DNA of 21,059 bases from Fidelibacterota bacterium. GTDB taxonomy: Bacteria; Fidelibacterota; Marinisomatia; Marinisomatales; JABMOV01. Shown in pieces: positions 1 through 7,988 of the stretch. The first letter of the stretch is position 1. Every line of letters starts with the position of its first letter. The position numbers and the translations under genes are program-made. The notes beneath the pieces are model-generated. The model saw only the letters and a list, made by a program, of their open reading frames with translations, made no database searches and was not told where the DNA came from. The stretch lies in assembly GCA_046861395.1 (NCBI GenBank), contig JBHHUC010000035.1:1-21059 (forward strand), in the 5' to 3' direction.

Positions 1-141
1 TTAGAACCGCCAGGTTCGAAATCGGGAAGCTAATCGCCCAAAAAAGGGTGGTACTTTCTTCAAAAAACATTCCGCGATTAGCGAAGTTGCCTGTCCCGGT
101 TAGAACCGTCAGGTTCGAAATCGGGAAGCTAATCGCCCAAA
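1..141. repeat. Tandem (99-bp period) palindromic REP-like repeat; left copy cut by the window edge
   Basis: 1-42 (ttagaaccgccaggttcgaaatcgggaagctaatcgcccaaa) matches 100-141 at 41/42 nt. The complete copy (74-136) folds with three stems: gcgattagc/gctaatcgc (74-82/128-136), tcccggtt/aatcggga (94-101/119-126, one G.T) and gaacc/ggttc (103-107/112-116). Confidence 0.85.
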
Positions 142-224
142 TACAAATTTCATTTATCTATTTTCAATGATCAATTCCGGACTTTATTCCCTTTAAGCCG
201 GTGAAAAACGGCGTGAAATTACAG

Positions 225-2615
225 TTATTTTTTTGTTTTCGCGCGAGTTTTCTGCTTACGAATCTGAGGGATAGCCACATCAATCACATCCATAATTTCC
301 TTGGCAAAATGAAACGTCAAATCCTTTTTAATATGGTCCGGAATTTCCTCCAGATCCTTCCGGTTGTGATCAGGGAGAATTATGGTTTTAATCCCCGAGC
401 GATGGGCCGCCGTGACTTTTTCCTTTACCCCGCCAATGGGTAATACATTGCCGCGTAATGTAATTTCTCCGGTCATGGCAACTTTCTCAACCACAGAATA
501 TCCGGTCAGAAGTGATACCAGGGATGTGAACATGCTGACACCGGCCGAGGGACCATCCTTGGGAATGGCGCCGGCAGGAACATGAACATGGATATCCGTT
601 TTTTCATGAAAGTCGGGGTCTACCCCTAGTATATCGGCATGGGAACGGACATAGGTAAGCGCAGCCGTTGCCGATTCCTTCATTACATCCCCCAATTGCC
701 CGGTTAACGTCAGGTTTCCCTTTCCTTTCATTTTGGACGATTCAATGAAGAGGATATCTCCTCCGGCAGCCGTCCAGGCCAGCCCTGTAACGACACCGGG
801 TTTCGTCACCCGTTCAGCGATTTCCGAATAATAGCGCGGAGCACCGAGATAATCGTTTACCTTCTTTTTGGTTATTCGGAATTTCTTCACATCTTTTTCC
901 ACCTTGTCACGAGCCACCTTCCGGAGAACATTGGCAATTTCTCGCTCCAGATTTCGCACCCCGGCTTCACGGGTGTAGGATTGAATCAATTCCCGGATCG
1001 CTGACGTATCGAAGGATACCTCATCCGGCTCAAGGCCGTTTTCCTCAATTTGTTTGGGAATCAGATGCCGTTTGGCAATATTGATCTTTTCATCCTCAAT
1101 ATAGCCGGAAAATTCCAGAATTTCCATACGATCCTTCAAGGCCGGTGGAATCGGATCCTGATAATTGGCCGTCGCAATAAACATGACTTTGCTTAAATCA
1201 AAATCCACTTCCAGATAATGATCGCTGAAGGTCCCATTCTGTTCCGGATCCAGCACTTCCAGTAAGGCACTGGAAGGATCGCCGCGAAAATCAGCACCCA
1301 GTTTATCAATTTCATCCAGCATAAAGACGGGGTTGTTGGTTCCCGCTTTTTTCAGGGACTGCAGTATGCGTCCAGGCAATGCACCGATATAGGTCCGGCG
1401 ATGGCCGCGAATCTCCGCTTCGTCTCTGACACCTCCCAGGGATAAGCGTATGAATTCCCGGCCCATGGATCGGGCGATAGATCGTCCCAGCGATGTTTTC
1501 CCGACTCCCGGGGGACCGGCAAAACAGAGGATCGGACCCTTGATTTTTCCATCCGGATCCTTTTTCTGTTTTAAATCACGCACTGCCAGATATTCCAGAA
1601 TCCTCTCCTTCACCTTCTCCAGGCCGTAGTGATCTTCATCCAGAATCTGCTTGGCCTTTTTCACATTGACCTCATCCTGAGATGATACACTCCAGGGCAG
1701 GTCCGTTAACCATTCCAGGTAGGTCCGCGCAACAGTATATTCTGGCGATTGTGATGGAATCCGGGACAAGCGGTCCAATTCCTTGCGGGCCACTTTTTCT
1801 GCTTCTTCCGACATCTGGGCTTTTTCAATGCGTTCCTCCAACTCCTTCAATTCCATGGAGGATTCGTCTTCGCCCAGTTCTTTCTTAATCGCCTTCATCT
1901 GCTCCCGCAAATAATATTCGCGTTGCGATTTGGCAATCTCATCCTGGACTTCCGTCTGAATTTCCTCGCCCAGTTTGATGCGTTGAATTTCCCGGGTCAG
2001 GATGGAAATGGATTTCTCCACCCTTTTCTTTATATCCAATTCTTCCAGAATACCCTGCTTTTCCGAATTGCTTACGGTTAGCAGCGATATGGCACGGTCA
2101 GCCATGCGTGATGCTTTCTGAATATTCGATAACATGCCGGACTGTTCTTCGGAAAGATTAGGAGCGACCTGGATCAAATCCTTGAACGTACTTTTCAGGT
2201 TTTTTACTAATGCATCCAATTCAATATCGTCACCGGGTTCCTGCTCCTCAATCCGGGTTATGGCCGCTTTGTAGTACGGTGTTTCGGCAGTGTACTTCAG
2301 GACCTTGACACGCTGGATCCCCTGGACGATGGCCGATTTACTGTTATCCGGCATGTCGAATACTTTGAGAACCGTGGCCAGGGTCCCATATTCATAAAGG
2401 TCATCCGGGGTCGGGTCCTCAATCGTGCCGTCTTCCTGGGCGACAACAACTATATATTTCCGATTCGCATCCAGATCGGAAATGAGGCGTAATGATTTTT
2501 CACGACCGATATAAATTGGAATAACCTGTTGCGGAAATAAAACCGTGTTCCGCAGCGGCATGACTGGATATATTTCTGATCCCTGTTGGTAATCTTCACC
2601 CATATTTTCGCTCAT
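225..2615 (-). CDS. lon: ATP-dependent Lon protease (endopeptidase La)
   Basis: 796 aa. N-terminal PVMPLRNTVLFP Lon domain, Walker A GPPGVGKTS, Walker B MLDEIDK, RGHRRTYIGA, catalytic Ser in PKDGPSAG and catalytic Lys region PIGGVKEK. Confidence 0.98.
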   Translation of the reverse strand: MSENMGEDYQQGSEIYPVMPLRNTVLFPQQVIPIYIGREKSLRLISDLDANRKYIVVVAQEDGTIEDPTPDDLYEYGTLATVLKVFDMPDNSKSAIVQGIQRVKVLKYTAETPYYKAAITRIEEQEPGDDIELDALVKNLKSTFKDLIQVAPNLSEEQSGMLSNIQKASRMADRAISLLTVSNSEKQGILEELDIKKRVEKSISILTREIQRIKLGEEIQTEVQDEIAKSQREYYLREQMKAIKKELGEDESSMELKELEERIEKAQMSEEAEKVARKELDRLSRIPSQSPEYTVARTYLEWLTDLPWSVSSQDEVNVKKAKQILDEDHYGLEKVKERILEYLAVRDLKQKKDPDGKIKGPILCFAGPPGVGKTSLGRSIARSMGREFIRLSLGGVRDEAEIRGHRRTYIGALPGRILQSLKKAGTNNPVFMLDEIDKLGADFRGDPSSALLEVLDPEQNGTFSDHYLEVDFDLSKVMFIATANYQDPIPPALKDRMEILEFSGYIEDEKINIAKRHLIPKQIEENGLEPDEVSFDTSAIRELIQSYTREAGVRNLEREIANVLRKVARDKVEKDVKKFRITKKKVNDYLGAPRYYSEIAERVTKPGVVTGLAWTAAGGDILFIESSKMKGKGNLTLTGQLGDVMKESATAALTYVRSHADILGVDPDFHEKTDIHVHVPAGAIPKDGPSAGVSMFTSLVSLLTGYSVVEKVAMTGEITLRGNVLPIGGVKEKVTAAHRSGIKTIILPDHNRKDLEEIPDHIKKDLTFHFAKEIMDVIDVAIPQIRKQKTRAKTKK

Positions 2616-2646
2616 TGGTAAACCTTTTATTGTATTCCATCACAAT

Positions 2647-2662
2647 GACAAACAGTGTGCCA
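2647..2662 (-). promoter_or_regulatory. Putative sigma54 (-24/-12) promoter upstream of lon
   Basis: The minus strand reads TGGCAC-ACTGT-TTGTC, about 30 nt upstream of the lon ATG. It has the GG-N10-G spacing of TGGCAC-N5-TTGC, but the -12 dinucleotide is GT rather than GC. Confidence 0.5.
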
Positions 2663-2688
2663 CCCTTCAGAGTATGCGATTCTGACAG

Positions 2689-3015
2689 TCAGGTATTCTC
2701 GGGTTTCGGAAGTTGATGGCAGCGATTACAACCCTGACGAATATCATGCTTTATCTTTGGAGCGTCATAGGTTGTGCCCCTCACCGTCAATGTCTTTCCC
2801 TTTCTATGACATTGCAGACAGGTCCCGTCATCCACAAAGGACATGTGAAATGGTAATTCGGATAATTGCGGTGCTTCTACGCCATCGACAATCGTCCTGC
2901 CATTTTGAATGACAATCGAGAATTCCCGCTCCTGTTGATCGTGCAGCGACCAGAAAGCGGTGAGAATTCCTCCCGCTACGATTATCCCTAAAATCAGGGT
3001 TTTTTGATTCTGCAT
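2689..3015 (-). CDS. Small membrane-anchored/periplasmic diheme cytochrome c, NapB-like
   Basis: 108 aa with an N-terminal hydrophobic anchor (LILGIIVAGGILTAFW) and two CxxCH motifs (CLQCH, CNRCH). Each motif is preceded by an AP...H segment (APQLSELPFH, APKIKH) that supplies a candidate distal His. Confidence 0.8.
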   Translation of the reverse strand: MQNQKTLILGIIVAGGILTAFWSLHDQQEREFSIVIQNGRTIVDGVEAPQLSELPFHMSFVDDGTCLQCHRKGKTLTVRGTTYDAPKIKHDIRQGCNRCHQLPKPENT

Positions 3016-3032
3016 AAAGTCCTCAATTAAAT

Positions 3033-3908
3033 TTATGAATGAATTCCCATACGACGGGCCTGCTCATCAGCATGATATGAACTGCGGACTAGCGACCCTG
3101 ATTCCACAATGCGAAACCCCAGGTTCAGACCCTCTCTCTTGAAAAATGCAAATTCCTCATCCGATACATAACGTTTTACTGGAAGGTTTTCTTGTGTGGG
3201 TTGTAAATATTGTCCGATGGTAAGGATTTCCACCCCCGTACTGGCAACTTGCTCCATGGTGGCAAGAATTTCATCATTTGTTTCCCCTAAACCTACCATA
3301 ATTCCAGTCTTCGTACATAATCCATTTTTTACCGAATAAGCCAGAACATCCAGACTGCGTTGCCAGTTGGCCTGGCTTCTTACCTGTCGGCTGATGCGTT
3401 CCACGCATTCCACATTATGACTAAAAATGTCCGGTTTTGCGGCGAAAACCGTGTCCAGCGCCGGGTGATATCCCTTAAAATCGGGCGTCAGGACTTCCAC
3501 CGTGCAATCTGGTGCTGTGCGGTGAGTCTGCCGAATCGTCTCAGCCCAAATTTCCGCTCCGAAATCCTCCGATAAATCATCCCGATCCACCGATGTAATG
3601 ACAACATGGCGCAACCCCATTTTCTGCACGGCCCTGGCTGTACGGACCGGCTCCAACGGATCAACCGGGGAAGGTTTTCCGGTTTTCACCGAACAAAACC
3701 CACAGGCCCGAGTGCACGTATCCCCCAGAATCATGATGGTGGCCGTACGCCGGTTCCAGCATTCATAGATATTGGGGCATCGGGCTTCCTCACACACCGT
3801 ATGAAGCTGATGGGATGAAACCACATCATTCACAAAACGGTATCCCGGCCCCCGGTCAATACGAATCCGGGGTTTGGCACCGTTTGATTTACCTGGGATT
3901 TCTGACAT
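3033..3908 (-). CDS. lipA: Lipoyl synthase (radical SAM)
   Basis: Auxiliary-cluster motif CEEARCPNIYEC, radical SAM motif CTRACGFC, VITSVDRDDL and C-terminal RSSY. Confidence 0.97.
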   Translation of the reverse strand: MSEIPGKSNGAKPRIRIDRGPGYRFVNDVVSSHQLHTVCEEARCPNIYECWNRRTATIMILGDTCTRACGFCSVKTGKPSPVDPLEPVRTARAVQKMGLRHVVITSVDRDDLSEDFGAEIWAETIRQTHRTAPDCTVEVLTPDFKGYHPALDTVFAAKPDIFSHNVECVERISRQVRSQANWQRSLDVLAYSVKNGLCTKTGIMVGLGETNDEILATMEQVASTGVEILTIGQYLQPTQENLPVKRYVSDEEFAFFKREGLNLGFRIVESGSLVRSSYHADEQARRMGIHS

Positions 3909-4165
3909 GAATTGTTCTTATCAGTAAGATGTATTGATTACAATATTCGGCGAAGTTTTTGTGTCATCATGAATCGGACAAAACGTGAATCATGATCATC
4001 AAACTCCCGTTTAATTTAAGATGTTCCCTGGTTCCGGGTAAATGACCATCTTGTCAGATTAATGATTCACTCTTCGGTCGGTTTTCCCAGCCCTCCCGAT
4101 GTAAATTTCAATCGTATGCACAGATTATTCAGACTACGAATTCTACCTCCCGGCACCAACGCTTC

Positions 4166-4771
4166 ATGATGAAACGACACCCGATTCCTTCCGGTACGGC
4201 CGACCGGAAATCATTGGTCTATATCGCTGTTTTCGGGACGTTCTGGGGCCTGATGGAAGCATCACTGGGTTCTATCCTCCATGCCTTCCATTTCCCTTTC
4301 ACTGGTTCCATTTTATCAGCCCTGGGACTCGTTGTATTATTGGTGGCCCGGAAAATCAATCCGGCACCGGGATCATCCGCACTGATGGGTGTGATTGCCG
4401 GCCTGATCAAGATCATGGGACTCGCCACTGTGAAACTGGGTCCCTTCATCGGAATTGTCATGGAAGGCCTGCTGGTGGAAAGCATCCTGTCCCTTATCGG
4501 TCCCGGCCGCACCGGGTTCCTCTTCTCCGGAATAATGGTTGGGATTTATCCCATTGTCCAGACAGTCGTGACTAAGTCCATTCTATTCGGCGCCAACTTT
4601 CTCCCTGTCATTCTGGAAACGGCCCGGGGATTTTCCGAAACGGTGGGACGATCATTGGGATGGTGGATATTGATAATCTATGCGGCGATTCATATTCTTT
4701 TTGGCCTGATCGCTGCCCTGACGGCCTGGGCTCTGCAAAAACAACTTCTACCGGCGGCTAACCATGATTGA
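4166..4771 (+). CDS. Integral membrane protein resembling an ECF transporter substrate-binding (S) component
   Basis: 201 aa with about 5-6 hydrophobic helices and a helix-1 pattern SLVYIAVFGTFWG typical of S components. It overlaps the next gene by 8 nt. The family assignment is by eye. Confidence 0.65.
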   Translation: MMKRHPIPSGTADRKSLVYIAVFGTFWGLMEASLGSILHAFHFPFTGSILSALGLVVLLVARKINPAPGSSALMGVIAGLIKIMGLATVKLGPFIGIVMEGLLVESILSLIGPGRTGFLFSGIMVGIYPIVQTVVTKSILFGANFLPVILETARGFSETVGRSLGWWILIIYAAIHILFGLIAALTAWALQKQLLPAANHD

Positions 4772-5882
4772 CCGGGCGAAAAATTATAAACGGCTCCTTA
4801 TCTCTCTTGCTGTATTAACGGGAATTATCTTTCTGAATCATGCTCCCTTATTGATTGCGGTCAGTATCACCGTTCTGTCAGGATTGGCCTATCCAGCATC
4901 GGTCCGTCCCTTGAAAAATGGCAAATTCTGGATCGTTATTTTTTTACTGGTGATTATTGTACCACTATTCACCGGACCACCAGATCGGACGATCCTGGGT
5001 ATTTCCTACAACCATCCCATGCTGCTAAAAACCGGATTCATGGCGTTGCGTGGTATTGTAGTATTCCTGCTGATTCAAGTTATTACGGTGGATCTGGACG
5101 GTGAAATTTTTGCCCAGCGTTTGACCCGCTTCGGTTCTCCCCGCTTTGTCATCTTATTCCAGCTGGCCAGAGACATTCTACCCGGTACCAGAGCTATTTT
5201 CAACCGGTTGTTGGTACAGAATTCCTTTACTACCCTGTACAAGCCTCGAGTCATTTTCCATCGTATTAAATTGGTGTTTGCAGAATTAATCCAACTGGCC
5301 GAACAACTGGATCAATCATCACCGGAACGCGGGTTGCAGGATAAGGATTCCCTCATTGATCGTATTACGACACCGGCAATGGTCATCGTAACCGGGAGGC
5401 CCGGTGCCGGAAAAACCACCTGGCTCATGGCCTTGCAGGATCGTCTGAAGGAACGATCAATCCCGGCCGGTGGTATCCTGACCGTGCGCCAGCCGGAATC
5501 TGGTATGCGTTGGACCTTAAGCCTAAAAAACGTGTCAACTGGAGAAACAAGGCAAGTAGCCCGGATGGAACCGGATAAGGGGACGATCAAAACAGAACAT
5601 TATTTCTTTTACCGGGCTGTCCTAGACTGGGGAACGGAACAGATAACATCAACCCGGGAGCGTTGGTTAATCATTGATGAAGTCGGTCTGTTTGAATTTA
5701 ATGAAGAAGGATTTTTCCCAGCCTTGCGCACCCTGGATAACCAATTTTCGGGTGTTCTTGTCCTGGCACTGCGGAAATCCCTTTTACCGGAATTTGATTC
5801 ATTTCTGAATCTACACTTCCCCCGCCTTCATACCTGGAATCAATTCCTGATCGACCTGGATGAAACGATTAAACAGGAATAA
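4764..5882 (+). CDS. Fusion of an EcfT-like membrane domain with a C-terminal THEP1/NTPase_1-like P-loop NTPase
   Basis: 372 aa. The N-terminal ~110 aa hold several TM segments followed by amphipathic helices. The C-terminal domain has Walker A GRPGAGKTT (5394-5420), AGGILT and Walker B LIIDEVGLFE, and no ABC LSGGQ signature. Confidence 0.7.
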   Translation: MIDRAKNYKRLLISLAVLTGIIFLNHAPLLIAVSITVLSGLAYPASVRPLKNGKFWIVIFLLVIIVPLFTGPPDRTILGISYNHPMLLKTGFMALRGIVVFLLIQVITVDLDGEIFAQRLTRFGSPRFVILFQLARDILPGTRAIFNRLLVQNSFTTLYKPRVIFHRIKLVFAELIQLAEQLDQSSPERGLQDKDSLIDRITTPAMVIVTGRPGAGKTTWLMALQDRLKERSIPAGGILTVRQPESGMRWTLSLKNVSTGETRQVARMEPDKGTIKTEHYFFYRAVLDWGTEQITSTRERWLIIDEVGLFEFNEEGFFPALRTLDNQFSGVLVLALRKSLLPEFDSFLNLHFPRLHTWNQFLIDLDETIKQE

Positions 5883-6737
5883 TCACTCTGCCTTCACGGG
5901 TTCCGACAATTCATCCTGATCCGATTTCTGAAATAAGTAAATCATATATTTTCGGTATTTCCTGAATTCTGAGCTTCGGATCAAATCCATCTGTCGCTTC
6001 TTTTTTACCACAACCGTCCGCGTCAACCAGGCAATGAATCGGGTCAGTTTCGGATAATGTTTCTGCATGGAATAACGGGCATAGTCCATGCTGGGTTCCA
6101 CGAACCGTTCGATGAAATAACAGGCAATGTCCAGCGTCGGCAGCACGTGTTCCGTTTGATCATAGGACTGCACCAGAGTGAATCCCGCTTCCTGCGCTGC
6201 GGCCAGATAGGCTGCCTGGTTATGGGAAGATTTCATGAGCGGACTGTCTCCCTCGGTATGATAGACGAAATAATCCGATGCCAGGAGATAACCACCGGGA
6301 TTCAAATGGCGACGGGCCTGTTCAAATCCCTGTTTGATTCGAATGTAGCATGCGCTTTCACTTTCGAAAATAAGATCATACCGACGATCAAGATCGAAGG
6401 TTTCAAATTTGGTGCAATGAAAGGGAATTTCGCCGGCAAACTTTTCCCGAATGACGGTTTCCTGATAGGCATCCGGGGACAGCGTCTCCACCTTATAGCC
6501 CAGGTCTTTCAAGTAAGCGGCGTTGCCTCCCAGTCCACAACCCACATCCAATACGCTCCTTACACCGGGAGGTATATACGTCGCCAGATGCTCAATGTAA
6601 CGCCGTTGGGCGGCCTGAATATCGGCTAATGTTATCTCGGATAGAATAACGGCGTCCGGTTCATCCCAGAATCCATAATGCAAATACGGAGACTGGATCG
6701 TCCGGGCATACCATTTCAGGACATGATCGGTGGACAT
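5883..6737 (-). CDS. Class I SAM-dependent methyltransferase (tocopherol/sterol/sarcosine methyltransferase-like)
   Basis: 284 aa with N-terminal YLHYGFW, SAM motif I VLDVGCGLGG, YDLIF and LNPGGYLL. Confidence 0.88.
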   Translation of the reverse strand: MSTDHVLKWYARTIQSPYLHYGFWDEPDAVILSEITLADIQAAQRRYIEHLATYIPPGVRSVLDVGCGLGGNAAYLKDLGYKVETLSPDAYQETVIREKFAGEIPFHCTKFETFDLDRRYDLIFESESACYIRIKQGFEQARRHLNPGGYLLASDYFVYHTEGDSPLMKSSHNQAAYLAAAQEAGFTLVQSYDQTEHVLPTLDIACYFIERFVEPSMDYARYSMQKHYPKLTRFIAWLTRTVVVKKKRQMDLIRSSEFRKYRKYMIYLFQKSDQDELSEPVKAE

Positions 6738-7987
6738 CAGAGCAACGCCTCCAGGTCCAGCGTTTCCAGCGTAACACGAATATGATCCAGAAACCGACTG
6801 CCACCGGCACCATCGATTAATCGGTGATCCAGCCCCAGGGATAAATACATGATCGACCGGATTCCTATCGTATCGCCGCCCGGTGATTCAATGACGACAG
6901 GACGTTTTTTTATCGTTCCCACACCCAGAATCGCCACATTGGGTTGATTGATTATGGGCATTCCCATGGTAACATTGAAAACACCGAAATTGGTGACGGT
7001 AAAGGTCGACCCGATCAATTCATCGGAACTGATCTGCTTGTGGCGCGTGCGCCGGGCCAGGTCGTTAATTTTGCGGCACAACCCAAGAAAGTTCAGTTCC
7101 TCGCAACGCGGCAAAGCCGGGACCATAAGCCCTTTTTCCACCGCCACCGCCATCCCCAGATTGATATGCTTGTGATAAAGAATATCCTGTCCGTCCAGTG
7201 ATGCATTTACAAGGGGAAATGCCTTTAGGGCCTGAACCGTCGCATGGAAGATAAATGGTGTGTACGTAAGCTTGAACCCTTCGCGGGCGGAAAATTGCCG
7301 TTGGTTGTCATTTACAAATCGGACAATGGCCGTCATATCCACTTCCGTCACCACGTAGACATGGGCGGAAGTATCAAGGCTGGCACGCATGTGATCGGCA
7401 ATCAATTTACGCATATGATCCATGGGTTCCCTCCGGTCGGAGGCAAGAGCTACTGCCGCTGATTCCGGCCGGGGCGGGGATTGGGTCGAAGGCCGGTCAC
7501 CGGCTAGATAGGCTACTATATCTTTCTTTGTTACGCGGCCCCCTTTGCCGCTGCCTGGGATACGCTCCAACTCAACCAGCGGCAAGCCGGAGTCCCGGGC
7601 GATTTTCAGTACCACAGGCGTATAAAAACGTTTCGTGGACGATTTCTGGCGTTGGACCGGGATATCTTTTTCCTCCGATGGCAGCGGTTCCTCTCGATCG
7701 GGTTGCGCGGCCTCTTTTTTTTCTGGTGGCGGAGATTCATCTCCACTGGCGTCGGTTTCAATCCTTGCGATGGGAACACCCACAGCCACCACCTCGTTTG
7801 GTTGAGCCAGAATTTCCGTCAATACTCCGCTGTGCGGTGATGGAATTTCAGAATCTACTTTATCGGTCCCAATTTCCAGTAGAATTTCATCCTTGGCAAT
7901 CCGATCGCCGATAGCCTTGCGCCATTCCAGAATGGTGCCTTCCGCGATACTCTCCCCCATTTTCGGCATAACGATATCTAATTTCAT
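6737..7987 (-). CDS. 2-oxoacid dehydrogenase E2 (dihydrolipoamide acyltransferase)
   Basis: Lipoyl domain EIGTDKVDSEIP, E3-binding domain IPGSGKGGRVTKKD and catalytic DHRLIDG. I moved the start to the ATG at 7987 (MKLDIVMPKMGESI), 1 nt after the E1 stop, giving 416 aa. Confidence 0.95.
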   Translation of the reverse strand: MKLDIVMPKMGESIAEGTILEWRKAIGDRIAKDEILLEIGTDKVDSEIPSPHSGVLTEILAQPNEVVAVGVPIARIETDASGDESPPPEKKEAAQPDREEPLPSEEKDIPVQRQKSSTKRFYTPVVLKIARDSGLPLVELERIPGSGKGGRVTKKDIVAYLAGDRPSTQSPPRPESAAVALASDRREPMDHMRKLIADHMRASLDTSAHVYVVTEVDMTAIVRFVNDNQRQFSAREGFKLTYTPFIFHATVQALKAFPLVNASLDGQDILYHKHINLGMAVAVEKGLMVPALPRCEELNFLGLCRKINDLARRTRHKQISSDELIGSTFTVTNFGVFNVTMGMPIINQPNVAILGVGTIKKRPVVIESPGGDTIGIRSIMYLSLGLDHRLIDGAGGSRFLDHIRVTLETLDLEALL

Positions 7988-7988
7988 A

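Noticed and set aside
1..141. CRISPR array, tRNA (GGTTCGAAATC resembles a T-loop), SRP RNA (TCAGGT...GGAAGC) or integron attC
   Set aside because: Only two units are visible, the unit (at least 63 bp) is longer than CRISPR repeats, and no cas genes are present. The T-arm stem does not pair and there is no cloverleaf. The SRP GGAA tetraloop/AGCAG motif is missing, and there are no RYYYAAC/GTTRRRY ends.
4020..4165. TPP or cobalamin riboswitch ahead of the ECF-like pair
   Set aside because: Neither the TPP core (CTGAGA...ACCTG) nor the B12 box (GGGAA...GCCACTG) is visible, and the probable leader is short.
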